A stretch of DNA of 64,000 bases from Pristiophorus japonicus (lineage: Eukaryota), in NCBI RefSeq assembly GCF_044704955.1, contig NC_091999.1, positions 20,212,001-20,276,000 on the forward strand, given 5' to 3'. The notes below the pieces were generated by a model that was given only the letters and a program-made list of their open reading frames with translations, was not told the origin of the DNA and made no database searches. A program made the position numbers and the translations under genes. Numbering within the stretch: position 1 is the stretch's first letter; every line of letters begins with the position of its first letter. Shown piece by piece: positions 11,127-25,270 of the stretch.

Positions 11127-12324
11127 CAAACAGGACAGGGATTTTATTCAGAATAAAGAGTGAATGGTTCTAAGGCATCAATTTACATTGCCGTGATTCG
11201 TTCTCCATGTGTGAGTATGAACTTGCTGAAATCGCTAACACTGCTCCAAAATATGAAATTTCAAATTAGTTTATTTATAAATAAAACATTAAAGTTCACT
11301 AAATTTTTTTGTAAGAAACGGTGTATAGTTGAGTGTAGCAGAAAGGAGTAACTTAGAGGGTATATTTCAATAAATATTGTGGCTTTCCTTGGTGTTAGGT
11401 TCCTGCGATGCACCAGGACTTTTAGGGTCCTGGGTGACTTTCACGAAAAATAAACAACTCATATTTAAATAACGTTATCTCCCCTCTAGATAATTCTGTT
11501 ATATCTTTATTTTGCCACCTGTTCACCTGGACGTTTTTTTTTGGTATTTACCTGCAAAATTATTTATACAATGAATTAATCGCACCTTTCAACGTGATAT
11601 ATATTTTCTGAGCAACCGTCCAACTTTAACAGGTTTTTAACCGTTGAGGTTATGTTGAAAACATTGCTTGAGGTCGAGTTTGCTGCTGCTATAACCTGCA
11701 GTGACAGTTGTGGTGTGAGCTATGGCATGTCGATACAGGTGCACTTCCGGTTCCATCTGAAACATCTGATCTCCGACTGACTCGAGACAGAAATGGGACT
11801 GAATGGAGCATAGAGCAATTCTAGGATGGTGATGATGATGATGATGTATAATAAATGACCCAGAAACTGCACAACACTAGTGACGCCACATTTGAAACAC
11901 TCAGCTCATGTTTGGTGACCTAATTATGGAGAGAATATTGAATATAGATATATAGATTCATTAAGGTCTAACCAGGAAGGGGCAGAGTACGGATGAAAAA
12001 TGTGAAAATTTCGAGCTGCTTTTGCTGCAACACAGATAATTAAATCTATTTTTCGATATTAAGATGATTATTCTAGCGCAAATAGTGAAAGCTATTGGAG
12101 GGAAGATTTGATGAAGATATTTAAGATTTTAGCCACTGTGGAGAATTTGGATTCAGGGTGTCGCAGATTTATGGGACTAGGGGACAAGGCTTAATGTTAA
12201 GGGTGTTGAAGGAAAGTGTCAATGTTTAATAACTTGTATGATTAAAGGAACTTACTGGGGGATGGAACAGAAAGCCAAGATAATATTTGTAGGAAGGGGA
12301 AGAATTCAATTCAATAAAGGAGAG

Positions 12325-14040
12325 ACATAAGAACAGAAGAAATAGGAGCAGGGATAGGCCATTTGACCCGTCGAGCCTGTTCAGCCTTTTAATAAGATCA
12401 TGGCTGATCTGATCATGGAGTCAGTTCCACTTCCCTGCACGCTCCTCATAACGCTTTATTCCCTTACCACTCAAAAATCTATTTCCGCCTTAAATATATT
12501 CAATGAACCAGCCTCCACATCTCTCTGAGGCAGAAAATACCATAGATTTACAACCCTTTGAGAGAAGAAATTCCGTCTCATCTCAGTTTTAAATCGGCGA
12601 CCTCTTATTCTGAGACTATATCTCGCAGTTTTAGTTTCCTCTGGAAGTGGAAATATCCTCCCTGCATCCACCTTGTCGAGCCCCCTTATGATCTTATATA
12701 TTTCAATAAGATCACTTCTCGTTCTTCTGAACTGCAATGAGTATAGGGCCAACCTTTCTTCATAAGCCAACCCCCTCACCTCCAGACTCAACACAGCGAA
12801 CCTTCTCTGAACAGCCTCCAATGCAAAAATATATTTCCTTAACTACGGTGACCAAAACTGTGCACAGTACTCGAGATGTGCCCTCACCAATACTTTATAT
12901 AGTTGTAGCAGGTCTTTTCTGCTAATAACCCATCCCCCTGCCAATAAAGGCCAACATTCAATTTGCCTTCTTGATTACTTGCTGTACCTGCATACTAACT
13001 GTTTGTATTTCATGCACAAGGACCCCCAGGTCCCTCTGTACTGCAGCACTTTGCAATGTTTCTCCATTTAAATTAGAATTTGCTTTTCTATTTTTTATGA
13101 CAAAGTTGATAAACTCACGTTTTTCCACATAATACTCAAGCTGCCAATTCACGTAGCCTGTCTATATAACTTTGCTGATTTTTTTGTGTCCTCCTCACAA
13201 CTTGCTTTCCCACACATCTTTCTATCATCAGCAAACTTGGCTACATTACACTACGTCCCTTCATCCACGTCATTAATATATGTTGTAAATAGTTGACGAC
13301 CCAGCACCGATCCCTGTGACACCCCAGTAGTTACTGTTTGCCTATCGGAATATGAATAATTTTTCCCGACGCTCTGTTTTATTTTAATTAGCCAATCCTC
13401 TATCAATTCTAATATATTACCCCCACACTTGTGAACTTTAATCTTGTGCAGTAACCTTTTATTTGGCAACTTATCGCATGCATTCTGGAAATCCAAATAC
13501 ACCACATCCACTGGATTCCCCTCATCCACCCTGCTCGTTACATCCTAAAAGAACTCCAGCAAATTTGTCAAACCTGATTTCCCTTTAATAAAACCATGCT
13601 GACTCTGCTTTATTGAATCATGCTTTTCAAAAAGTCCTGCGATTGTTTCCCTAATAGTGGTCGACAGCATTTCCCAACAACAGATGTTAAGCTAACTGGC
13701 TTATAGTTTCCTGCTTTCTTCCTGCCTCCTTTCTTTAATAGGGACGTTATATTTGCAGTTTTCCTATCCGTTGGGACCTCCCCAAAATCCAAGCAATTTT
13801 GGTAGATTAAAACTAATGCATCCACAATATCTGCAGCCACTTCTTTTAAAACACTTGGATGCAAGCCACCAGGTCCAGGGGACTTGCCCACCTTTAGTCC
13901 CATTGTTTCACCTAGTACTACTTCTTTAGTGATAGAGATAGTGATTGTGTTCAGTTCCTCCCTCTATATAGCTCCTTGATTATCCACTATTGGGGTGTTT
14001 TTATTGTTTTTAGTATTTCCTACCGTGAAGACCGGAAAAT
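12325..14040 (-). mobile_element. CR1 LINE, 5'-truncated
   Basis: KSPGPGGLHPSVLKEVA, VDVVYLDFQNACD, VSQGSVLG, RRNFFSQRVVNLW; acataagaac tail at 12325. Confidence 0.92.
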
Positions 14041-14199
14041 ATATTTATGATAGCGTGATTTCACCATTCACTAAGTGCAGTCATCAACCTGACTGAAATC
14101 AGCACGGCCCTCGTCTTGGAATTAAGATCTTAACCTGCTTAGCCTTCAAATCAATCATGGAAGTATCTCCCTAAACAGGAGCGAAGATACGGTATTAAA

Positions 14200-16465
14200 T
14201 ATATCAAACAAACATGATACAAGGGCTGAAGGACTTCAGTTTTTGGAGAGACGGTGATAACAGGATTTTTCTCCTTAGAACAGAGAAGTTTACGCTATAC
14301 AATATGTTTTTCGTGATCAGAATGTTGAGAAACCAACTAGGGAACAGGCTATTTTAGATCTATTATTGTGCAATGAGAACGACTTAATTAATAACCTTGT
14401 GGTAAAGTGGCCAGGGAAGAAAGCCCATAATATTATTAACAAAATTACTTAGTTTGAAAGTGGTTTAGTTAAATCCAAAACTAAGGTCTTAATTCTATAC
14501 AAAGCAAACCACGTAGGCATGAGAGGAGAGTGGATGAAAGTAGATTGGGAAAGTACATTTAATGAATGATGGTAGATTAGCAACGGATTTCTTTTAAATA
14601 ATTAATGTAGGATTCACAACAAGGATACGTTCCTTTAAGGCACAAAAACCCCATAGGAAAAGTGATCCAACCATGGCTTGCAAGAGAAGTTAAAGATAGT
14701 ATTAGAGCAAAGGAAAGGATTATAATGTTGCTAAAAAGAGTAGTAAGCCGGAGGATTGTGAGGATTTTAGAATTCAGGAAAGGAGGACCAAGAAATTGAT
14801 TTAACCAAAGGAAAATAGAAAACGAGGGTAAACTAAAGAGACATAAAACAGATTGTAAAAACTTCTATATGTATGTAAAAAGGAAAAGATAAGCGAAAGT
14901 AAACGTGGTTACCCTACAGGCTGAGATAGGATAAATTATAATAAGGGAATAAGTAAATGGCAGCGAAATTAAACAAATACTTTGTGTCTCTCTTCATGAA
15001 CGAGGATATAAAAAACCTCACGGAAATAGCGGAGAACCAAGGGTTTAGCGAGAATGAGGAACTGAAAGAGATTAGTCTGTGTAAAAAAAATAGTGCTGCA
15101 GACATTATTGGGACTGAAGCCGATAAATCCTTTGCATCTGATGGCCTACATCCTAGAATTTTGAAAGAGGTGGCTATAGAGATAGTAGATGCATTGGTTC
15201 CCATCTTCCAAAATTCCATAGATTCTAGAACGGTTCCCACAGTTTGGAAGGTAGCAAATGTAACACTGCTATTTAGAAAAGGAAGGACAGAGAAAACGGG
15301 GAACTACAGACCAGTTCGCTCATGGGTTTGGTGGTAATATACTAGCATCAATTGAGGAGTGTTTAACGGACAGAATACAGAGAGTAGGAATAAATCGGTC
15401 AGTTTCGAGTCGGCAGGCTGTAACTAGTGGCATGCCGCAAGGATCGGTGCTTGGATCCCAGCTATTCACCATCTATATAAAGGATATGGATGAGGGGACC
15501 AAATGTAATATATCCAATGTAATATACGTAATATATCCAAGTTTGCTGATGATACAAAGCTACGTGGGAATGTAAGTTATGAGGAGGATGCAAAGAAGCT
15601 GCAAGGGGGTATAGACAGGCTAAATGAGTGGGTAATAACATGGCAAATGGAATATAATGTGGAGAAATATGAATTTATCCAGTTTGTAGAAAAAATAGAA
15701 AAACAGAGTATGTAATAAATGATGAGAGATTGGGTAATGTTGGTGTTCAGAGAGACCTGCATGTCCTGGGACACGAATCATTGAAAGTTAGCATGCAGGT
15801 AGAGAAAGCAATTAAGAAAGCAAATGGCCTGTTGGCCTTTATTACAATAGGATTTATGCATCAGAGTAAAGATGTCTTACTGCAATTATACTGGGCTTTG
15901 CTGAGACCGCACCTGGAGTATGGTGTATAGTTTTGGACTCCTTACCTAATGAAGGATATACGTGCAATAGAGGGAATGCAATGAAGGTTCACCAGTCTGA
16001 TTCCTGGGATAGAGGGATTGTCCCATGAGGAAAGATTGAGTAGACTCGGCCTAAATTCTCTAGAGTTTAGAAGAGTGTGAAATTATTTAATTGAAACATA
16101 CAAAATTATTGCAGGGCTTGAAAAGGTAGATGCAGGGAGGATGCTTCCTCCAGCTGAGGAGTCTAGAACCAGGGGTCACAGTCTCAGGATAAGCGGTTGG
16201 CCATTTAGGACTGAGATGAGGAGAAACTTGTTCCTTCAGAGGGTGGTGAATCTTTGGAATTCTCTAGTAGAGATGGCTGTGAAGCCTCAGTCTTTGAGTA
16301 TATTTAAGACTGAGATCATAGATTTTGTGTTACTAAAGGCTTCAAGGGATATGAGGAGAGTGCAGGAAAGTGGAGTTGAGGTAGAAGATCAGCCATGATC
16401 TTATTGATTGGCAGAACAGACTCGAGGGGCCAAATGGCCTACATCTGCTCCTAATTCTTATGACA
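14200..16465 (+). mobile_element. CR1 LINE (endonuclease end through RT and 3' UTR, internally deleted)
   Basis: DGLHPRILKEVAIEIVDAL..GNYRPV, SKFADDTKL, RPHLEY, RTEMRRN..QRVVNLWNSL. Confidence 0.9.
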
Positions 16466-17019
16466 CACCGGGGTCTCAGTTACAAGGTCACTGTTAGACT
16501 ATTTATTACTCTATCACTGTTAAAGTAGTGTATCAGTTAAAATGTTAGACCGGAGTGTCCACTTTATGGTCACAATTAGATCATGTTTTCAGGTGAAATC
16601 TTTATGTGCCTCAATTTTACATTTTACGTTAACTTCCTATGCCTAAGCAATAAGACCAGGGACATGCTACTCGCTGAGTCTCACACGCTCCCTACTGTAA
16701 GACAGCGCTCGGTACGCAGTCTCAATCCCAATATTGACGAATATCGGCAATTATTTTAGCTTCTCCAGGAATCTCAGAACTGTTTAAATTTTTTTAATCA
16801 TGCCTTAAGATACTGAGGCAATATCGCGCTGACAGAGAAAAATAAGAGTGTTTAATGGATATGTATTACATTATGAAAGGTTTTGATAACATGAAGTGAG
16901 AATAACTGCTTGTTTTCTTTCAGGGAGTTATTGACGAGGGGTCATTAATTTAAAAATGTTAATATGAATCAGAAAATAGGTTAGGAGAATTAATTTATTC
17001 AGATAATAACAGAAGGATC

Positions 17020-18770
17020 GAATAAGTAGGAATATGAGTAGACCATGTGGCCATTCAAAATATCAGGGCTGATCTTCGACCACAACTCTACATTCCTGCC
17101 CAATCCCCATATACCTTCATTCCCCTAGTGTCAAAATTCTACCGATCACATCCTTGAATATTCTCAGCTTCCACATAGCTTTGAAGTAGGGAATTCCAAA
17201 TATACACAAACTCTGAGTGAAAAAATTCCACCTCATCTCAGTCTTAAACAGCCGACCCTTATGCTGAGACTATAAGAAATAATAGCAGGAGGAAGCAATT
17301 AGGCCCCTTCAACCTGCTGCTCTTTCAATAAGATTATGGCTGATTTTCTAACTCAACTCAACTTTTCTGCACTGTCCCCATATCCCTTGTTTCCGTTAAT
17401 ATCCAAAAATCTAGCGATCTCTTTTTTGAATATAAACAACGACTGAGCCCCCTCACCCCTCTGCAGTAGAGAAATTCAAAGATTCATCACCTTATGAGTA
17501 AAGAAATTTCTCATTATCTCAGTCCTAAATGACCGACCCCTTATTCTGACATTGTGACCCCAGGTTCGAGACTCCCCAGCCAGGGGAAACATTCACGTGG
17601 TATCTATCCTGTCAAGCCCTGTAAGAATTTAGCATGTTTGAATTAAATCACCTCTCATTCTTCTAAACTCTTAACAATACAGGCCTAGTTTACTCAATCC
17701 CTCCTCATAAGACAGTCCCCCTATCCCAGGAATCAACATGAGAACGTAACAACTAGGAGCAGGAGTAGGCCATACGGCCCCTCGAGACTGCTCCACCATT
17801 TAATAAGATCATCGCGAATCCGATCAAGGATTCAGGTCCACTTCCCTGTCCGCTCCCCATAACTCCATGTTTCCTTATCGGTTAAGAAACTTTCTATCTC
17901 TGTCTTAAATTTATTCAATGACTCAGCTTCCACAGCTCACTGAGGCAGCGAATTCCACAGATTTACAACGCTCTGAGAGAAGAAAATCCTCCTCATCTCA
18001 GTTTTAAATGGGCGGCCGCTTATTCTGAGATTATTCCCCCTTGTTGTAGTCTAGTGGAAATATCCTCTCTGCATCTATCTTTTCAAGCCCCCTCATAATT
18101 TTATACGTTTCGATAAGATCACCTCTCATTCTTCTGAATTCCAATGAGTAGAGGTGCAACCTACTCAACGTTTCCTCATAAGTCAACCCCCTCATCTCGG
18201 GAATCGACCTAGTGAACCTTCTCTAACTGCCTCCAAAGCAAGTATATCCTTTCTTAAATATGTAAACCAAAATTGTACGCAGTATTCTAGGTGTGGCCTC
18301 ATCAATACGCTGTATAACTGTAGCAAGATTTCTCTGCTTTTATACTCCGTTCGCTTTGCAATAAAGGCCAAAACCCCATTAGCCTTTCTGATCACTTGCT
18401 GTACCTGCATTCTAGCCTTTTGTGATTCGTTCACCAGGACCCCCAAGTCCCGCTGCACTGCAGCATTTTTCAATTTTTCTCCATGTAAGTAATAACTTGC
18501 TATTCGATTTTTTTCTGCCACAGTGCATAACCTCACTCTTTCCAACATCATTCTCCATCTGCAAAATTGTTGCCCACTGACTTAGCCTGTCTATGTCCTT
18601 TTGCAGTTTTTTTTTGTCCTCCTTATACTATGCCCCCGAGTTCTCGATTCTCCAGCCAGTGGAAATTACCTTTAAGTACCTACTCTGTCAGTTCCCCTCA
18701 GTGTCTTGTATATTTCAATAAGATGCTCTCTCATTCTTCTAAACTCCTAAGAGTATAGACCACTAAACAC
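17020..18770 (-). mobile_element. Stack of nested CR1 3' ends
   Basis: At least three successive antisense 3' UTRs starting near 17022, 17272 and 17735, plus ORF 18192-18551 (VQRDLGVLV..RPHLEYCVQFW). Confidence 0.85.
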
Positions 18771-19524
18771 AGAGAATATTATCGAGAAGAATTATTCAGG
18801 CAATTAGCTATTGAATAGATGTACTGATGCAGATAGTTATTAAAGAGGAAGCTAGATAAGCATATGAGGAAGATGGGAAAAGTGGATTAAGCTGATCGAG
18901 TTGGATGAGGAAGGACGGGGGGGAGGCTCGAGTGGAGCAGACAAGCTAACTTGGACTCGTTGGGCCGAATGGTCTATTGCTGTGCTGTTTATTCTATGTA
19001 ATTCAATATAAAGAGATTTAGTGATGCATATAGTAATTAAATAGCTTCATTTATGCAGCTGGTTATTAAAGGTTTTTAGCCCTCTGCCACAAGGAGTAGT
19101 TATCTTTTCGAAATCTGTAAGCTGGTTGCATTTTTAGCAGAGGATACAGAACCATGGAGACAGTGGATTAGTTTGACAAGATTTGGATTGCTGTAGCAAA
19201 GGCCTGGCACAAACATAGTGGGCCGAATGGCATCTTTCAGTATTGAGGTGGAAGACGGCCTACTTCAGCGCGGCAAACTTCAGCGGCTCTTAGGTTCAAA
19301 GAAGAAGACGTGCCAATCTGCACTTCCCTCAGGAAACCAGGAGCAGGTATCGCAGCGATCTGCTTTATTTCATTGGATTCACAAGTTAGGACCTGACCCT
19401 TGATTAGCCTTTATGATTACAGATACTATTACAACGTTTTCTAAGAGAGAATGTAGGCGAGGGAACGCAATCAGCGCTCTGTGATTAGAAATTAGGAATA
19501 CAAGTGACTAAAACTGTAATGGGA

Positions 19525-19950
19525 GTTGTATTCACTGGAGTTTAGAAGGATGAGAGGGGATCTCACTGAAACTTACAACATTCTGACGGGACTCGGCAGG
19601 TTAGATGCAAGAAGAATGTTCCCGATTTAGGGGAGGTCCAGAAACAGGGGACACAGTCAAAGGATAAGGGGTAAGCCATTTAGTACTGAGATGAGGAGAA
19701 ACTTGTTCAACAGCGAGTTGTTAACCCGTGGAATTCTCTACCACAGAGAGTTGTTGATGCCAGTTCATTGGCTATATTCAAGAGGGAGTTAGATCAGGCC
19801 CTTACGGCTAAAGGGAGCAAGGGGTATGGAGAGAAAGCAGACAAGGGGTGCTGAGGTGAATGTTCAGCCACGAACTCATTGAATGGCGGTGCAGGCTAGA
19901 AGGGCCGAATGGCCTACTCCTGCATCTATTTTCCATGTTTCTATGTTTCA
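19525..19950 (+). mobile_element. CR1 LINE 3' fragment
   Basis: YSLEFRRMRGDL.. C-terminus, 3' UTR hairpin and (tttctatg) tail. Confidence 0.85.
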
Positions 19951-20855
19951 AGATATCTTTGTGGAGCAATATGTTATGCAACCAACAGGAGGACAAGCCT
20001 TACTAGATTTAGTAAGGAGTAATGCATCAGAATTAGTAATAATCTAACAGTAAGGGAACATTCATTCAACAGTGATTACAATACGATCGAATTCATTGTT
20101 TGAAAAGAAGAACCGTAACAAAGTTACTAATATTCTACCTTTGCTGAGGCTAAAACTGAACAACTAATGCAAAATGCTGCAGTTGCTATTTGAATTTGCA
20201 AAAAATAAGCGCAGAAGTGCCTCCGTGCGCTTCGTATATATCAGAAGTAATTCCCTTTCTTGTCCCTCTGTTCTCTCAGTCAGTGAAGAGTGGCGCCACA
20301 TTCACTTTAATCCATACGTTTGTCACGTAACTATGCACACGAATGTTACCAAGTCACTCCAAAGTCCTTGCCCGAAGTTCCTTATGTACAGCAGGCTTTA
20401 AATTGCCCTTAACTGTGGGAGCGCCATTTGTGGTGGCTCTGGGAACTGTTCGTTTGGATGGATATTCTGGTGTCCATCACGGTTACTTCTGGAGATCATG
20501 AATATTTGAGCATGCCTTTTCCCCGGGAGAAAATGAGCTAGGTGGACTCTGCAGCAGGGAAGCTCACACTTGGTCTGTACAGGGATTCGGTATGAGCACC
20601 CGAATATTCTTGAGCTGGTCAATTATATTTGTAACTCTAATTATAATGTATACGTTTAAAAATTGAAATAACTCTAACCCATTAGTGAAGAAACACAGAC
20701 TATTGATCGCTGCCCTAAATACCATGAGGCAACTGTTCTGTATTATTAATCAAGATGAATATATGTGAAATCTATTATTTTAATTGAACTATTAACTGAC
20801 AAAGTCGAATGATAGAGCAATTGCACCATTCTCGAAGACAAGACCTGGAACTGGC

Positions 20856-20894
20856 AGTTTTTGTAGCAGTGTCAAGAGTTCATGTAACGCCGTG
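20856..20894 (-). other. 23-RSS of TCR V segment 3
   Basis: Minus strand CACGGCG (CAC intact), 23-bp spacer, ACAAAAACT. Confidence 0.9.
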
Positions 20895-21202
20895 CTACAT
20901 AGCTGCGCAGTAATACACGGCGGAGTCAGACAGCTGGGTGGGTGTGATGTTCAAAGGGATGTTTTTGTTCATTCTGTCCTGTACGGCAGAAAACTGCTTT
21001 ATAAAGGCTGGTGCGTTCTCTTCATTCCCAGCAGTGTGTCTGGCGAGCATGTACTGAAGGCCTCTTCCCAAGTACTGTACATACCAGAATAGGTTAGCGG
21101 CTGTGTATGTGGTGGAGTAGTTACAGGGCAACACCGCCGTACCTCCTTCACTCGCTGCTGCTGCTGAAGGTCTTTGGTAAAGTTCACCCTGCCGGCTGGG
21201 TG
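20895..21202 (-). CDS. T-cell receptor alpha/delta variable segment 3, V exon
   Basis: Acceptor gtttgcAG. Open frame APSRQGELYQRPSAAAASEGGTAVLPCNYSTTYTAANLFWYVQYLGRGLQYML..LNITPTQLSDSAVYYCAAM, then TAG abutting the heptamer. Confidence 0.92.
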
Positions 21203-22080
21203 CTGCAAACAAAGAGGAGGTTATCAACAGAACATTTCGATATAAAGTGTTTTTGTACCTTAGAGCAAACACACAAACTCAGATATACAATGACACACGC
21301 ATTCAGACATCTCCCCGCTGATTCAGATATTAACTGCACTGCCAATGTGAAACAGAATGGGAAAGTCCAAATCTTTAGCACCTCATTGAGCTGATCGCAG
21401 GCTGCGACTGATTTTATGGGCCAGCAGGTTGAGATCATAGTTCCATCTCCAGGCTCATACTGGTGCCAGTTGGGTTAATGGCTGCGATTAGCGAATGGTG
21501 AAATCACTCTGTCAGTTAATAGTTCAAGTTGAAATTATAGACATTATACATATTCATCTTAATCAATAACACAGAACAGATGCCCTTGGTGTTTAGGGCA
21601 GCGAATAATAGCCTGTGTTTCACCAATAATAACTGATACGTTGGGTTAGAATTATTGAAATTTATAAACATATTAATGAATATTGGAATTACAAATATAA
21701 TTGGCTTGCTGAAGGACATTCGGGTTCGCAGACCAGTTCCGTGTACAGACCAGGTGTGAGCTTCCCGACTGCAGACACCGCCTCACACATTTTATCCCAG
21801 GGAAACAATGGTCTCAGTGTCCGGGAATAAGTGCGTTAAGCAGCCAGGGTCTCGGTCCCGCGAGAAGATGCACCTCTGCGGACCTGCCATGTTTACAGTA
21901 ACAAGCCATGTTGCAGCTATTTGGAATAGTCTATGGACACTCACTGACGGGTGGGCAAATCCCGAGGAACCGCGCATCAATTTGACTCCGCCGTCAACAG
22001 TAGACACAATAAACATTAGAAAATAAACAAAAGCTTCATTAATAAACAAAATAACTATTATAATCTTATGAAATACCTAC

Positions 22081-22168
22081 CCGGTAGAACGGTTAGGAGG
22101 AAAAGTACTGCATTGACGGGCACTGTTGTGATCCATAACGCACTCTGTGAATTATGAGCTGTGTTCAT
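22081..22168 (-). CDS. Leader exon of TCR V segment 3
   Basis: MNTAHNSQSALWITTVPVNAVLFLLTVLP + G|GTAGGT (88 nt, phase 1). Splices in frame across an 878-bp intron to the V exon (G|CA = Ala). Confidence 0.75.
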
Positions 22169-22437
22169 GTTTTATTCCATGTACAAGTACCAGACTGTAT
22201 GGAGATATACGCTGCACATACAAGAAGGTTATTATACACAACTACCGCGTTTGCGGTTACATGGACATGCATATAGCAATAATGGGAAAATGTAAATAAC
22301 ATCTGTCAGTTTTCTACACTGGGTGTCTCCCAAAAGCCGATAGGTCCGGTGTTGAAAAGGGCGGGACAGCAAAAAAAGTGAAGATACTAGAACGGAGATC
22401 CTAATTCACAACTACAGCTCAGCCCAGCGTCAGCGTC

Positions 22438-25270
22438 GATGGGCATCAATGATCATTGTTATTTGATGGACACCAATGACCATTGTTATTTGATGGACAC
22501 CAATGACCATTGTTATTTGATGGACACCAATGACCATTGTTATTTGATGGACACCAATGACCATTGTTATTCGATGGACACCAATGACCATTGTTATTTG
22601 ATGGACACCAATGACCATTGTTATTTGATGGACACCAATGACTATTGTTATTTGATGGACATCAATGACCATTGTTATTTGATGGGTAGCAATGACCATT
22701 GTTATATGATAGGTAACAATAACCATTGTTATTTAATGGACACCAGTGACCATTGTTATTTGATGGACACCAATGGCCATTGATATTTTAATGGAAACCA
22801 ATGACCATTGTTATTTGATGGACATCAATGGCCATTGTTATTTAATGGACACCAATGACCATTGTTATTTGATGGACACCAATTACTATTGTTATTTGAT
22901 GGACATCAATGACCATTGTTATTTGATGGGTAGCAATGACCATTGTTATATGATAGGTAACAATAACCATTGTTATTTAATGGACACCAGTGACCATTGT
23001 TATTTGATGGACACCAATGGCCATTGATATTTAATGGAAACCAATGACCATTGTTATTTGATGGACATCAATGGCCATTGTTATTTAATGGACACCAATG
23101 ACCATTGTTATTTGATGGACACCAGTGACCATTGATATTTGATGGACACCAATGACCATTGATATATGATGGACACCAGTGACCATTGTTATTTAATGGA
23201 AACCACTAACCACTGTTATTTAATGGACAGCAATGACCATTGTTATTTGATGGACACCAATGACCATTGTTATTTAATGGAAACCACTGACCATTGTTAT
23301 TTGATGGGCACCAATGACCATTGTTATTTGATGGGTAGCAATGACCATTGTTATTTAATGGACACCAGTGACCATTGTTATTTAATGACGCCAATTACCA
23401 TTTTTATTTAATTGATGCCAATGGCCATTGTTATTTGATGGACAGCAATGACAATTGTTATTTAATGGACACCAGTTACCATTATTATTAGATGTGTAGC
23501 AATGACCATTGTTATTTAATGGACACCAGTGACTTGTGTTATTTAATGGACACCAGTGACCATTGTAATTTGATGGACACCAATGACCATTGTTATTTAA
23601 TGGACTCCAGTTACCATTGTTATTAGATGGGTAGCAATGACCATTGTTATTAGATGGGTAGCAATGAGCATTGTTATTTGATGGGCACCAATGACCATTG
23701 TTTTTTGATGGGCAGCAATGACAACTCTTATTTGATGAACACCAATGACCATTTTTATTTGATGGGTACCAATGTCCATTGTTATTTGATGGGTACCAAT
23801 GACCATTGTTATTTTATGGACTCCAATGACCATTGTTATTTCATGGACAACAATGACCATTGTTATTGATGGGAAGCAATGGCCATTGTGATTCAATGGA
23901 CACCAACCACGATTGCAATTTGATGGGCAATAATGACCGTTGTGACTTAATGGACACCAGTGACCATTGTTATTTCATGGACACCAGTGACCATTGTTAT
24001 TTGATGTTTAGCAATGAACATTGTAATTGGATGGTCAGCAATGACCATTGTTATTTGATGGACATCAATGGCCATTGTTATTTAATGGACACCAATGACC
24101 ATTGTTATTTGATGGACACCAGTGACCATTGATATTTGATGGACACCAATGACCATTGATATATGATGGACACCAGTGACCATTGTTATTTGATGGACAC
24201 CAGTGACAATTGATATTTGATGGACACCAATGACCTTTGTTATTTGATGGACACCAGTGACAATTGATATTTGATGGACACCAGTGACCTTTGTTATTTA
24301 ATGGACACCAGTGACCATTGTTATTTGATGGACACCAATGACCATTGTTATTTAATGGAAACCACTGACCACTGTTATTTAATGGACAGCAATGACCATT
24401 GTTATTTGATGGACACCAATGACCATTGTTATTTAAAGGAAACCACTGACCATTGTTATTTGATGGGCACCAATGACCATTGTTATTTGATGGGTAGCAA
24501 TGACCATTGTTATTTAATGGACACCAGTGACCATTGTTATTTAATTGACGCCAATGACCATTTTTATTTAATTGATGCCAATGGCCATTGTTATTTGATG
24601 GACAGCAATGACAATTGTTATTTAATGGACACCAGTTACCATTATTATTAGATGTGTAGCAATGACCATTGTTATTTAATGGACACCAGTGACTAGTGTT
24701 ATTTAATGGACACCAGTGACCATTGTAATTTGATGGACACCAATGAACATTTTTATTTAATGGACTCCAGTTACCATTGTTATTAGATGGGTAGCAATGA
24801 CCATTGTTATTAGATGGGTAGCAATGAGCATTGTTATTTGATGGGCACCAATGACCATTGTTATTTGATGGGCAGCAATGACAACTCTTATTTGATGAAC
24901 ACCAATGACCATTGTTACTTGATGGGTACCAATGACCATTGTTATTTGATGGGTACCAATGACCATTGTTATTTTATGGACTCCAATGACCATTGTTATT
25001 TCATGGACAACAATGACCATTGTTATTGATGGGAAGCAATGGCCATTGTGATTCAATGGACACCAACCACGATTGCAATTTGATGGGCAATAATGACCGT
25101 TGTGACTTAATGGACACCAGTGACCATTGTTATTTCATGGACACCAGTGACCATTGTTATTTGATGTGTAGCAATGAACATTGTAATTGGATGGTCAGCA
25201 ATGACCATTGTTATTTGATGGGTAGCAATGAACATTGTTAATTGATGGACAGCAATGACCATTGTTATTT
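22438..25270. repeat. 27-bp minisatellite (~105 units), consensus GATGGACACCAATGACCATTGTTATTT, with higher-order duplication
   Basis: Unit read directly (translates as MDTNDHCYL). Diagnostic variants recur at 1160-bp (23531/24691, 23881/25041) and 244-bp (22681/22925) periods. Confidence 0.97.

Noticed and set aside
14615-14650. Perfect nonamer ACAAAAACC at 14642-14650
   Set aside because: Lies inside a CR1; the nearest CAC gives a 20-bp spacer and a poor heptamer.
22430-25241. ORFs encoding MDTNDHCYL / HQITMVIGV repeats (apparent His/Cys-rich protein)
   Set aside because: By-product of a 27-bp satellite; frames are broken by stops and indels and there are no splice or unique domains.
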